The notes below the pieces were generated by a model. That model did no database searches. It had not been told where the DNA came from and saw only the letters and a program-made list of their open reading frames with translations. From a virus (lineage: Duplodnaviria > Caudoviricetes), in IMG/VR virus record IMGVR_UViG_3300017910_000654, positions 1 to 56,825 of that record: DNA of 56,825 nt, one strand, 5' to 3'. Made by a program: the position numbers and the translations under genes. Shown one piece after another: positions 16,801 to 26,482 of the stretch (positions within the stretch are counted from its first letter, which is position 1; each line of letters starts with the position of its first letter).

Positions 16801-19800
16801 AGCAATTGTGTTGCGCTTCATTTTAGCACGCTGCTTATCTACTATTTCAATAACCCGCTCTACTCTCTCTTGGAAGTTTTTGTCCGTAGTTTGATTCACC
16901 AACTTAATAAGCTTATTAATTTGAACCTGAGTGTAGTCTTTGGACCTAGGAAGATTTTGGCGTATATAGTTTCGAAGTTTTGCTTGAGCCCTTTTCAAAT
17001 CTCCCTTGGCAATCCTTCTTTGCTTTAAAGCCGCCCTCATGTTTGCCATTTTCCGTTGCAATCGACTGTTGCTTCGGTATCCTAAATTAGAATCAAACGC
17101 AGTTAATATCTCCATTTGAACTTGCTCGCTTTGCTGCTCATAAACAGGATGAGCTTTCATAAGCTCTTGTGCTTTTTGTCTTATCTCAGAATAAGTCTTA
17201 ACCCTTCTGCCCTTTGCATCGTAAGCAAATTCATCTATAGCTTTGTGAACGTCGGTGTATAGTTTGGCTGCCTGCAAGATGCCACCCTCAATTCTCTTGA
17301 AGGCATCAGGCATTGTTCTCTCTTTATGCATAACCTTATACACCATCGCCTCATTGATTTCTTTCCTTGAGAATCCTCTTCCGTAAAGAACCTGTATGAT
17401 ATCTGTGTCTGAGTATAGATTATCTCTACCCATTTCAATAACTTCATTGATACTCATTCCTGAGCTAAAAGCTACTTCAGGGTTTTTCATCTGCTTCATC
17501 TGAGAATCAGTCAGCTTTATTTCCTTGCCCGCAAAAATATCTGCAAGTGCAGACCCAAGAAACTCATCGAGCGTAAGGTTTTGTATTTCTTCAGCGGTAA
17601 GCTCTGATGTTTGTTTGAACTGTGACTTTATATAAGTCCACATCCCTGTAAGCCAAGAAGAGAATTTTGATTTCAACGAGGCGTTTACGATAGTCTCTCC
17701 CTTGTTACCAATCAATATCGCTATGGCTTCATTGGCAGCCTTCTTTTTATCTCCATTAAATTTCCTGAGCTGCTGTTGGTATGTTTCAGTTTGCTCTACG
17801 AGCTTAACACCTTGAGCATATATCTTCCTTCCCTCAGCCGTTGTTTGAAGATAATTACTCCATACGTGACCCATCTCATGAATGGCTGTATTAAATAGAG
17901 CAGACTCATAATTATGTACTTGCGGGTTTAAGTATATATCCCCATCTACAGTTACCCCATAAATAATCTGCCCCTTCTTAGTAAACTTGCGAACATCCTC
18001 CCTCTCCATGACCCTGTCAAATGTCTCTTGGTCTATGCTTATATTGGTTTGAGGAAAAGATTTATTGATAAAGGAAGTCAGCTTAAATACGTTACTCAGA
18101 TTATTGTTGCTTAATCTTTCAATAAATTCTGAAATGGCTAACCCAATAGAAACTCTAGGGGATTCGTTTATTTTTTCTGCCACATCTTCTACAGAATCCA
18201 CATCAACCTTTCGACCTTCTTCAGTCTTGAAGTCTACTCTAGGTATTCCCGCCTTATCTGTTATTTTATTTGCTTCTTTATTTATTCTTAAGACAAGTGC
18301 ATTGATTGCTTTGTTACTTGTAGCGTAATCGGACTCAAAAGATTTAATACCATTAGCAGTATCCGCCTTTTGAGACTTACTCATAAATGGACTAAGCTCT
18401 ATCTCTAATGCCCTAAGAGCTTTAATCATTGCCTGTTTGTCTTGCTGACCTTTTGATTGGGCATCTCTTACTTTTCTAGTCAAGGTAACCAATCTTCTTG
18501 CCATCAACTCAGCGGCACTCTTTTGAGCCTCACTTGCTCCTTTAGCTCTTTTAGTTGCTTCTTCAAGGGCAGCCTCTGAATCCTCAATTGCTTTGGTTGT
18601 TCTTTCTACCGCGGATTGCATTTTTTTCTGATTCTTTGTCATTGGCTTGGCGGTAGCCTCTTCAGTGACAGTGGTCTCAGTTTTTGGTTTTGTTTGTTTA
18701 GTTGCAACCTGAGCTGTCGTCTTAGCTTTTTCAAATGCTTTTGCATTCTTTTTTAAGCCACTCTTAGCCTGTCGAATATCAGCTTTGTAGCCGCGTATAT
18801 CATCTTTGTAGCCTTCAATTGCTGACTGAGCATCCTGCTTGGCATCTTCTTTTTGTGCCTTAAGGTCTTCAATTGCCTCAGCCTTTTCCTCACGGTTAAG
18901 TTTAGATGCCCTAACTTTTTTTATTTCTTCATTAAGCCTTGCAGTCTCTTCCTTTAAATCAGACTTCGTGTTAGCAATTTCTTCGTTTGCCTCAGTTATT
19001 CCATCTTCTGCGGTAAACACTTCATCCTCAAGTCTAGATTTTTCCTCCTCAAGGGCTTTGATTTTTTTGGTGGCTTTAGTTTGTTTTGGAGTAGGCGTTA
19101 CCTCTTCAGTTACTACGGTTTCTTCAGTAGTGACAGTCTCAGTTGTAGGAGTTACCTCTTCTACAGGAACAACCTCTTCCACAGGAGTAACCTCTTTGGT
19201 GGCGGGAGTAACTTCTTCAGTGACAGTTGTAGCCTCTTCAGTAACGGGTGCTTGCCGCTGACCCACAATACCACCACGCTCCTCAATCATTTGGTCAAGC
19301 TCGGATATGGTTTCCTGTTGTGTCTTCAAAGACACAATTTCATCCACACGAGTATTATTATCGGAAAGAAGCTTTTTCTCAAAATCAGTTAGAGTCTCTT
19401 CGTTTAGTTGCTTGTCAACAACAAACGACAATATACCATCAAGCCTATCCTTTTTGACTTTTTTGTTTTTAATAGATGTCTCATCTTTCTTGGTATACTT
19501 TATAGGTGCCGGTGCTTTTTGTTGAACGGGTGCTGCTTCTGCTACCTGCTCAGTCTCCGCTTGGGTCTTAGGTCCTGTGGTTTGTTGTTGCTCAGTATCC
19601 CGTACTTGCGTTTCCACTTCTTGTACAGTTCCGGCTTGTTCAGTCGCAGATACTGTTCTTGTTTTTTGCTCTTGAATGGCATTGGGTCCAAATTTTTTGT
19701 TTATTAAATCAAGCATGGCTTGGTCCTCTTTGACAAAAACACTTAGCTTGTTGAATTGCGCAGAGGACATGTCTGAAATCTTACTTAAAAATTTCTTTCT

Positions 19801-22800
19801 AGTCAAAGGCTTGCCATCAATCATGTAAAATGATTTAGCATCTTCTCTCAGGTCTACGTTTGCACCTTCAGCCACACCCGCGACTCCTTTGATATTTACT
19901 TGGTATCCTGTTTGAAATGTTTGATTCGTTTCAGTCCCTACTTTTCTTACCAACTTAGATTCAACTAACTCAGCCAACTCAGCATTTATGTCTGCTATCT
20001 TGTTAGAGAAAATTTGTTTTCTAGATGGATTAGATTCAAGTTGGTTTTTGGCTGACATAAGAGCCATTGTTCTATTCAAAACCTCCGAGGTAATATTACC
20101 TTCTGTAGCTTCTAACAAATTCAAAGCCTCATTTCTTAGTCCTAGGTTTTCTTGTATTCTTTGATTCTGCTCTGAAGATATCTGCCCAAGCTTCTCCATT
20201 TTAGTAGCCCAATTTGTTAGGCGAGTGGGCGACGGAGCAAATACTCCTTTTAGCTCAGAGTTTAGTCCTTGAATAGTGGTAAGGTCGTTTGCAATTACAA
20301 GGTTGTTTTGACCTCTTAAGTCAAGGGCGGTATTAACTGCAGCCATAGAACTATTATTACCTAGTCCACCTCCCATCTCAGCAAGTATCTCCTTCATGTT
20401 GATGGCATCCCCCACTGTTTTTTGTGCTAAATATTCACCATACCCTTCGGCTAATGGGTCAACTACTATACGCTCCGCACCTTGGGCTAGTATTCTTCTT
20501 CCTCGACTTGCTGTCTTACCAACTTTGAAAACCCGACCCGCTAGTCCTGATGATATTAAATCCACCGTAGCAATTGGAATACCTCTCTTTAAACCTCGTT
20601 CTCGCGTGGTAGCCCAAACCGCCTCGTCATTCAGAGCTAACACAACATCGTCTACATTTGATATATCATATCCCTCATTGGCTAATGCTTCAAAGAAAGC
20701 ATTAGTGTATTCAAGACCAAATCCCGTAGCCGCAAAGCCACCCCTTGCCCCCCAAGCTAATCCTGTACCAAATCCGGCAGCGGTCCCCACTCCCGGAACG
20801 GCACTACCTATGGCTGCTCCTGATAGACCAAAAGTCGCCATAAAAGAAGGTATGATTTCAAGACCGTAAGGAAGCATTTGAGATATACTGTTTGCCGCTA
20901 AACCTATCATCCATGTGCCGGGGTCATCACTGATTGCATCCCAATATTCTCTGTATCCCTTAGCCCTGTTCCACCGATACATTTCTCTTGAAACATCTCC
21001 CCCGGACTGAGACCTGTTCATATACTCCACAATGTTTTTTGCAATCTCCTCTGTGGAGTCGCCCGTAATGCCCATTGAAAATTTTATTATTTCCTCACCT
21101 GCTTGTCCCCTATTCCATCCTTCATTTATTTGAAGACTTATACTAGACCAATCCTCAACAAACTGACCCGCTAAATTCTCATCAAACTTATTGCTCAAGT
21201 ATGTTTCAGCAACCATATAGTTTTGTGCCGCCATTTGACTGCTGCGCTTTGTTGCCTCATAAGCAGTAAGTAAATCCTGTTGAGCAAATCTTTCAGTGTT
21301 GCTTTTAGGAACATAATTATGAAGGTCCCTTAAGCTAACTCCAAATGTGGCGTAAGAATTTGCCTCAAGTTGATTGGCAATGTAAGCAGCGGCAGCATTT
21401 TGATTTACTGCATTTTGTGCTGCCTCTTGATATTTCCTACTACTATATATATCATAGTCTTCAACCACTTTTTGGATGTCACTGTCTAGGTAAATAGACG
21501 ATAATCCATCCATTGTCTTCTTATACTTATTACTTAATTCATTTCTATCTTGCCTAATCTGACCTGTAATGGGGTCATAAAATTCTCCAATTACAAATCT
21601 CTCTTCGTCAGATAATTCGCTGTATGATTGAGGAGCACCTTGAAGGGCAAAATATTTATCTCTAGCATCTTCATAAGTTTCAAACTGTTCTTTTATAGTA
21701 AGGTAGTCATAACCTTTTTCTCTGAAAAAATCGTAAGCTTCTGAGTCTGCTCTATTGTAGTCTTTCCACGCTCCACTTGCAAAATCCTCTGCCTCTTCTG
21801 CTGTGCTAAAAACAAATACCTCACCTCTCTTCTCCGCCTCTTCTAAGGCTTTCATTCCATCAAGTTCTATCCAATCACTTGGGTTGGTAGTTTGTTTTGA
21901 TGGGTCATCGCTAACGGGGAATAGCGTGGGGTAAGCAAGATATTTTCCCTTAACCTCTTGACTTTGCATTAGAACAGTAGATGCTGTTCCATCCTCATTA
22001 AACCTAGCCGTAGGTCGAATATCTCTGACTCTATTAGAAGCTTCAATAAAGCTAGACTCTACTCTTTCCTCGTCAGGTTCATAAGCATATTGCTCAACAA
22101 ATCGTTTTAGTTTAGTTGCCTCTTCTGATTCATTGTCTTGAAAAATAATAGGCTGTAAATTTATCTCGTGGGTTTTAACACTTCCGTCTGACAAAAGAAT
22201 AGAAGCTTTCATTCTATTGTCGGTTCCCATAGTTCTAAAAGTAAAGCCGTACTTCCCAAAGATTTCATTGAAATATGAAACAGCCTCATCCTCTTCCTTA
22301 TCCATGGAACTTGGAGTAATTAGAGATAAATCTTCAACAAACTCGTCAGCCTCCCTAATCCTTCTCCTACCCTCAACAGCTTCCTCTATAATATTTTCTT
22401 CTGCAACCCTGTCTTTCTCCTCTAGTATTTCAGAGAATGGAGCTTCAATTTGCTCTAAAAGCTTTTGAAAGGCTTTGTCTGCTTTGCTTTGGTTTGACTC
22501 TCTCTCATATGTCCGCAACTTATCTTGTTTCGGAAACATTCCTATGCTTGTCCCTGCCATTCCATACGGAGACCCAATTGTCTCTTGAATAATCTCCTCA
22601 TTCCTTGGCTTTACATACCCTTCTTGCCTAGGGTCTTGGGGGATGACTCCATATTGAGACTGTATTAGTTCTTTAGCCTCCTCTACTTGGCGATTGTATT
22701 CATCTTGCCTTTCTTGTGTAGTGGGTAGCTGTGGACCAACAAACTGTGGCTCTTCTTCAACCTGTTCTTCGACTATTACTTCCTCCTGTGGAACAACAAA

Positions 22801-23202
22801 GGGAGATTCACCCGTTACTTCTTTTGGCTTCAATGCTGATTCCAAAGATGGTGAATCGGCAGATATAGTCTCTCTTACTCTTCGGTCTTTTTCTTCTACT
22901 GACAAAGAAGGGTCGAATGCGCCCGCTTCCTCGATTATATCTAAGCCACTTCGGATACCAAAGGGTTCTTTTTTTTTTGGTCTAGTTTGGGGCGGAGCAC
23001 TAACTTTTTCCATAAACGCTCCTATAGTGTATCGCTCAGGAAAAGTATTGTCAACGCTACTAATCCAATTGTACATGTCACCAACATACTGCGGGTCATC
23101 TTGCATATTGGTAGCAAAATCATTGAATGAATACCTGTCCTCAAAGGTGGGGTCTTGACTTGATATCCAACCGAATAGGTCCCGTAAATATTGTTCTTCC
23201 AT
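13885..23202 (-). CDS. Giant (3105 aa) internal virion/ejection protein with a zincin HExxH motif
   Basis: Last gene of the structural arm; AIHEMGHVW; coiled coil; EEVTP repeats; Gly/Ala hydrophobic segment. Confidence 0.7.
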   Translation of the reverse strand: MEEQYLRDLFGWISSQDPTFEDRYSFNDFATNMQDDPQYVGDMYNWISSVDNTFPERYTIGAFMEKVSAPPQTRPKKKEPFGIRSGLDIIEEAGAFDPSLSVEEKDRRVRETISADSPSLESALKPKEVTGESPFVVPQEEVIVEEQVEEEPQFVGPQLPTTQERQDEYNRQVEEAKELIQSQYGVIPQDPRQEGYVKPRNEEIIQETIGSPYGMAGTSIGMFPKQDKLRTYERESNQSKADKAFQKLLEQIEAPFSEILEEKDRVAEENIIEEAVEGRRRIREADEFVEDLSLITPSSMDKEEDEAVSYFNEIFGKYGFTFRTMGTDNRMKASILLSDGSVKTHEINLQPIIFQDNESEEATKLKRFVEQYAYEPDEERVESSFIEASNRVRDIRPTARFNEDGTASTVLMQSQEVKGKYLAYPTLFPVSDDPSKQTTNPSDWIELDGMKALEEAEKRGEVFVFSTAEEAEDFASGAWKDYNRADSEAYDFFREKGYDYLTIKEQFETYEDARDKYFALQGAPQSYSELSDEERFVIGEFYDPITGQIRQDRNELSNKYKKTMDGLSSIYLDSDIQKVVEDYDIYSSRKYQEAAQNAVNQNAAAAYIANQLEANSYATFGVSLRDLHNYVPKSNTERFAQQDLLTAYEATKRSSQMAAQNYMVAETYLSNKFDENLAGQFVEDWSSISLQINEGWNRGQAGEEIIKFSMGITGDSTEEIAKNIVEYMNRSQSGGDVSREMYRWNRAKGYREYWDAISDDPGTWMIGLAANSISQMLPYGLEIIPSFMATFGLSGAAIGSAVPGVGTAAGFGTGLAWGARGGFAATGFGLEYTNAFFEALANEGYDISNVDDVVLALNDEAVWATTRERGLKRGIPIATVDLISSGLAGRVFKVGKTASRGRRILAQGAERIVVDPLAEGYGEYLAQKTVGDAINMKEILAEMGGGLGNNSSMAAVNTALDLRGQNNLVIANDLTTIQGLNSELKGVFAPSPTRLTNWATKMEKLGQISSEQNQRIQENLGLRNEALNLLEATEGNITSEVLNRTMALMSAKNQLESNPSRKQIFSNKIADINAELAELVESKLVRKVGTETNQTFQTGYQVNIKGVAGVAEGANVDLREDAKSFYMIDGKPLTRKKFLSKISDMSSAQFNKLSVFVKEDQAMLDLINKKFGPNAIQEQKTRTVSATEQAGTVQEVETQVRDTEQQQTTGPKTQAETEQVAEAAPVQQKAPAPIKYTKKDETSIKNKKVKKDRLDGILSFVVDKQLNEETLTDFEKKLLSDNNTRVDEIVSLKTQQETISELDQMIEERGGIVGQRQAPVTEEATTVTEEVTPATKEVTPVEEVVPVEEVTPTTETVTTEETVVTEEVTPTPKQTKATKKIKALEEEKSRLEDEVFTAEDGITEANEEIANTKSDLKEETARLNEEIKKVRASKLNREEKAEAIEDLKAQKEDAKQDAQSAIEGYKDDIRGYKADIRQAKSGLKKNAKAFEKAKTTAQVATKQTKPKTETTVTEEATAKPMTKNQKKMQSAVERTTKAIEDSEAALEEATKRAKGASEAQKSAAELMARRLVTLTRKVRDAQSKGQQDKQAMIKALRALEIELSPFMSKSQKADTANGIKSFESDYATSNKAINALVLRINKEANKITDKAGIPRVDFKTEEGRKVDVDSVEDVAEKINESPRVSIGLAISEFIERLSNNNLSNVFKLTSFINKSFPQTNISIDQETFDRVMEREDVRKFTKKGQIIYGVTVDGDIYLNPQVHNYESALFNTAIHEMGHVWSNYLQTTAEGRKIYAQGVKLVEQTETYQQQLRKFNGDKKKAANEAIAILIGNKGETIVNASLKSKFSSWLTGMWTYIKSQFKQTSELTAEEIQNLTLDEFLGSALADIFAGKEIKLTDSQMKQMKNPEVAFSSGMSINEVIEMGRDNLYSDTDIIQVLYGRGFSRKEINEAMVYKVMHKERTMPDAFKRIEGGILQAAKLYTDVHKAIDEFAYDAKGRRVKTYSEIRQKAQELMKAHPVYEQQSEQVQMEILTAFDSNLGYRSNSRLQRKMANMRAALKQRRIAKGDLKRAQAKLRNYIRQNLPRSKDYTQVQINKLIKLVNQTTDKNFQERVERVIEIVDKQRAKMKRNTIAEISKVVASKAKTRKQGKKRRAKGVDALTQLQFAQIKKVLDALQKSKPETRAEAMEAIKSRLDSNSTIINEAIAKIENGEEITSREQQLVQLQLAYDTFADIETMTLEEVQQLLSEMKKIKKEGILKFKTRRLQRAADAKAIQEEATEQIQETNPLLFNEDGKPKGRGQLEAEKNAIRADFSARGIVKKVFDTISNKLLGRKSGWVTEFKNVLTNVETVTNFLDNKAKGRRFFTERVYNSLNRMSEVKLQQIREKRKILNQIAIDSGFSKGIGQVEVRLNSLFGLDFLGRPKTYRLNGLRDSRGKSYSEIFNANQLLRIYALSKNEKQRAKLKNQGVTNEMLQDIENQLGPDLIRFADNVVEYLSTQYYEETNSIYRLVNGVNLGYIENYFPTKVQTDSSNEFSNMVDNGDFLGTFSAQTASALKDRVDNNQDIDLTTETFIGTLMTHIETIEKFKAYAVGVQRLNDIFKLPVVNTLMEQSSLKNLLYGLIMVEVNPMAAAQSMKAIGTNRTLAQGLIRKYVGYVLSFKPIQVLKQMTSFVSAYRDYNYFPDNSRLPQAVKSSFDLFMFPIDYTAALLGVFAKDAFTRNGPIAKAREMSATFNERFVQGFQGGDVYALESGTQTFKKVGKPTGLLQKARRAFNIAKGGFTALGDILGVLGYYVNYKRNIANGMTEAEALEAFNQYDATQQPRRSTNKAPIQLKSNIGSQLLTTFMSVTLLQINRLMQNTTNIAKSIKAGKMPRRKDIRGFVVDYSIANVLFTAASNIALLTRGDDEDKEIFYRKLKDAAIGLNILYNIPLVGVALEEGVAAYRGERAQAEVGVNPISPIIREINEGIEEDPDNFFKAYLKPLGEFAAGAKFDSPIALMNYIQKGKFGFSTEEEYYENMYDIFGISSSYRPGYGKRGEDLQGVVPIGGFDASTKSDLKRFDEDLYEQIYGEQDAIQKQQREQRKKMLEEMGYVEKNGKLYPIR
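19094..19248 (-). repeat. Coding low-complexity repeat (T/V-EEVTP units)
   Basis: VTEEATTVTEEVTPATKEVTPVEEVVPVEEVTP... Confidence 0.85.
19320..19335. repeat. Palindrome copy 12 (GTGTCTTCAAAGACAC), inside a CDS
   Basis: Matches consensus. Confidence 0.9.
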
Positions 23203-23214
23203 ACTATATTATCT

Positions 23215-25137
23215 TTAAGGAGCAGGATTAGGATTAGGATTAGGGCTAGGGTCTCCTTCATTTTTAGCTTCCACTGTCCCGTATGTTTTTATAAAGTTCT
23301 CTCTGTCTTCAGCATCAGAATACATGACATTTGCAAATGATAATCCTTTAAGAATCAAGGCTTCTTTAATAGGTTTAAGGTCCTCTCGCATTTGCTGTTT
23401 TGTGCCGTCAATTCTAACCTCATATTCCTTGCCGTCAATACTAACTACATACCCTGAGCCTCCTAAAAAGCTCAATTTGAATGGTCTAACATTATAACTG
23501 CTTGATGAAACATTCATGATGTTATTTGCCTCGTTTATGAATTGAGCTATAGCTCTCTCTTCCTCCTCATTCTTGCCTCTAGACATGTCAATTCCCTGTA
23601 TAGCCTCCTCTACATTAAAGTCTCTATTACCTTGTTGTTTAAAGACATCTTCGAAGCTACCCTTAGCCTCTATCTCGGTAACCTTAGGTATTCCCGCAGA
23701 TACAAATTCTGCAATATTTAACTCTCTATTGCCTTCAATTCCTGCCGCTGAATAAACCTCACTAATATTATCTATGTATAAATCTTTCCTTAATCCGAAG
23801 TTTATCTTTTCAGCCCACTGCTGTTGACTGTCTCCAAACTCTAGCGGTCTAGTATCTCGCCCACTTGCATCGGTATATACAATATTTATACCTGTTGGTG
23901 TGCTTACTATTTTCTCTATAGAAGGATTGATAGAGCTAATGAAGTCTGCTGCTGATTGTTTTTCAGCTTCAGTACCCCAATACAACTTGTCCCAATTTGT
24001 CAAAGCGTTCTGTTGAGTTGCCTCTTTTTCCTCTTGATTTATAATCGCTTGATTTTTTTGTTGGTCTGTACCACCTCCTTTTACTTGTACCTTCTCATCA
24101 ATTCCCGCTCTAATACCAATTCTTAAAGTTTGCTCTACAGCATCCTGTTGTTCTTCTCTAAATACAGGAACACCTCTAGCAATCTCGCTTCGGTCTAAAA
24201 ATATAAGTTCACCTCCCTCTTCTTGTGCTTCAAACTCTTCTTTGTCGTAAGTGAAATCATATCTCTTACCATTAGGAGCTGTCAATTTAAAATCAGTAAG
24301 AACAGATGCTATATCATTAGGATTTACCATCATAGAAGAAACCTGACCATCTTCCCACGTTTTGTAAGTAGCTACAAATTGCTCATCTTCCAAGCTATAA
24401 TCTCCCTTTTTGGCATCTATAGTTGTAACTATGGTATTAACTCTACCTCTGCTTGCCCTATTAAAAACATCATTTTCTATCGCTCCAAGATTATCTACAG
24501 CAGCAGCGGTAGCGGCATTTACATCAAACCTATCGTACTTCTCTTTTAATCTTAACCTTAATTCATTGACTGTAGCAAAATCATTTGGGTTTTCACTAAG
24601 CCTCATCATGCCGGTTTTCTCATCCTTCACCATTTTGCCTATACTAACAGTCCCATTGGTTGGGTTAATGTACCCTCTTGAAAGACGTAGGTTACCAAGA
24701 CCTTCTGCTTGCTCCATTTCCCATACCTCACGAAAAGCAGACTTGTCGTTTTCCCACCTTGACATTTTGTCTTGATACTCTGACTCGTATTCTTTTACAA
24801 GGTCAAACATATTAGACGTTCCATCTAAAGCGTTTTGTCTGCCAATATTATAATCTCTTAAACTAAGCTGCCCCTGCCTTAAAAGTCTATCTTGCATAAG
24901 CCTGTACTCCTGTGCACTAGAGGCATAGTCTAAAGCAAAAGTGTTACCTGCATCATAGTCCCCCGTAGGAGCATCAGATAGAACCTCTCCATACTGTCTT
25001 GATGCCTCATCAATTTCTGCTTTCTTAGCTTCTCTGCCTTGAGCCTCTTCCTGAAGCATATCAGACATTGACTTACCAATCTCTGACCAATTTATTTGGC
25101 TATCTACTTGGCGTTGGGCAAACTTAAAATAACTCAT
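23215..25137 (-). CDS. Putative internal virion protein
   Basis: Position before the giant protein; helical composition. Confidence 0.55.
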   Translation of the reverse strand: MSYFKFAQRQVDSQINWSEIGKSMSDMLQEEAQGREAKKAEIDEASRQYGEVLSDAPTGDYDAGNTFALDYASSAQEYRLMQDRLLRQGQLSLRDYNIGRQNALDGTSNMFDLVKEYESEYQDKMSRWENDKSAFREVWEMEQAEGLGNLRLSRGYINPTNGTVSIGKMVKDEKTGMMRLSENPNDFATVNELRLRLKEKYDRFDVNAATAAAVDNLGAIENDVFNRASRGRVNTIVTTIDAKKGDYSLEDEQFVATYKTWEDGQVSSMMVNPNDIASVLTDFKLTAPNGKRYDFTYDKEEFEAQEEGGELIFLDRSEIARGVPVFREEQQDAVEQTLRIGIRAGIDEKVQVKGGGTDQQKNQAIINQEEKEATQQNALTNWDKLYWGTEAEKQSAADFISSINPSIEKIVSTPTGINIVYTDASGRDTRPLEFGDSQQQWAEKINFGLRKDLYIDNISEVYSAAGIEGNRELNIAEFVSAGIPKVTEIEAKGSFEDVFKQQGNRDFNVEEAIQGIDMSRGKNEEEERAIAQFINEANNIMNVSSSSYNVRPFKLSFLGGSGYVVSIDGKEYEVRIDGTKQQMREDLKPIKEALILKGLSFANVMYSDAEDRENFIKTYGTVEAKNEGDPSPNPNPNPAP

Positions 25138-26049
25138 TTACTCTAGTGATTTTTGAAACTCTAAGAAATCTAAATACTGTTGATAGCCTGTTCCCTCAGG
25201 AGTAGCGTTAGTTCCGAACCCAAAACCACCAACAAAGCCTCCCCTTTGACTTGGGTCTACATACAAATCTCCAAACTGTTGACTCCCAAACAATAACTGT
25301 GTTTGCCTAGGAGTTAAGCTTTTTTCAAACAACCTATATTCTTTTGGGCTCATTTCTGATATAGCTTCAAAATCCAAATCAGACATTTGGTTACCTGTCA
25401 ATCGACCGGGCTGACCAATCATACCAAACTCAGCAAACTCTTCTCCTCCAAACTCCATTTGTCCTGCCGCTGCTTGTCTAGCCCTAGCACTTGATTTGTA
25501 TAGAGGAACCATTTCAGCAACAGACACCCCCACATCAACAGCACCCTGTACTCCTTCCTGTAGCGCCTTTCTTCTTTCCATCTCAAATTGAGCGGCTGCT
25601 TGTTGTGCTCCCGCTGCTTTTTCAAGCTCTAGATTATATCGCATATCCCTAAGCCTTCCTTCTTCGGCAGCGCTTAATTCCTTAAGTCTCATTAGCTCTT
25701 GACCCATAGCTGCACGTTGACCTGCTTGCGCGCCTGTCATTGCTTGTTGAATCCTTCCCGCTGCAGCAGCTGCTCCCCTTGTTTCTCCTTCTACGGCTCG
25801 TTGGAGTGCGGTCGCGCCTTGTTGCAAAAGTGCTTCTCTCTCTAATTCAAAAGGTTCTTTTGCAATACCTAATTTATCGTAAACATTAATGTCAAGCATT
25901 TTATCAGCCTCCATTAATGATTTCGCTGCTGCTAGGTTTGCTTCGTCTCTCTTCCTAGTGGATTTAGCCATATCACCGAATGATAACCCCGTAGTAATGC
26001 CTTTAGTTGCTAATCCAACGCCCGCTGCAATTGCTGTAAATCCTGCCAT
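25138..26049 (-). CDS. Putative internal virion/ejection protein
   Basis: N-terminal Ala/Gly hydrophobic segment; A/Q-rich helices. Confidence 0.55.
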   Translation of the reverse strand: MAGFTAIAAGVGLATKGITTGLSFGDMAKSTRKRDEANLAAAKSLMEADKMLDINVYDKLGIAKEPFELEREALLQQGATALQRAVEGETRGAAAAAGRIQQAMTGAQAGQRAAMGQELMRLKELSAAEEGRLRDMRYNLELEKAAGAQQAAAQFEMERRKALQEGVQGAVDVGVSVAEMVPLYKSSARARQAAAGQMEFGGEEFAEFGMIGQPGRLTGNQMSDLDFEAISEMSPKEYRLFEKSLTPRQTQLLFGSQQFGDLYVDPSQRGGFVGGFGFGTNATPEGTGYQQYLDFLEFQKSLE

Positions 26050-26050
26050 T

Positions 26051-26461
26051 CTATAGTACTTTTATTAGTTCCGCATTATATGTGTCACCCTTAACAAAGC
26101 CAAGCTCCTTGTAAGTATTTATAAGCCCCTTGTGTTTTATCAGTGCGTACAGATACTTATAGCCTGAGTTTCTTGCCACCTCCTCTAATTTTTCTACAAG
26201 CAATACAATTGCCTGCTGTCGTTCAGGTTTCTTTCGGTATGTCTTTGAAGACACTATCCAATCAGCCCAAGCAACTGATGAGTTGGTGGTGTAAATAAAC
26301 CCTGCACATACAGGCTCATCTTCATCCATAATCATTAAACCACCCTTACCGTCTTGAGGCAGAAAGTCTTTTGGCGTAGGTTCCCACCCCCAATCTTTCC
26401 ACCACTTCACAAGAATAGAATCGTAGTCGCTATCCTGCAATGGTCTAATAATTAAACTCAT
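26051..26461 (-). CDS. GNAT-fold acetyltransferase-like protein
   Basis: IIRPL start, PVCAGFIY, YKELGF. Confidence 0.6.
   Translation of the reverse strand: MSLIIRPLQDSDYDSILVKWWKDWGWEPTPKDFLPQDGKGGLMIMDEDEPVCAGFIYTTNSSVAWADWIVSSKTYRKKPERQQAIVLLVEKLEEVARNSGYKYLYALIKHKGLINTYKELGFVKGDTYNAELIKVL
26239..26254. repeat. Palindrome copy 13 (ATGTCTTTGAAGACAC, 1 mismatch), inside a CDS
   Basis: 15/16 match to consensus. Confidence 0.8.
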
Positions 26462-26482
26462 CTGCGTATAAAGATACTAATT

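Noticed and set aside
13885-23202. Giant protein as a crAss-like virion RNA polymerase
   Set aside because: No catalytic DxDxD motif recognised; left unassigned
23215-23250. GGATTA hexamer repeat
   Set aside because: It simply encodes a PNPNPNP C-terminal tail
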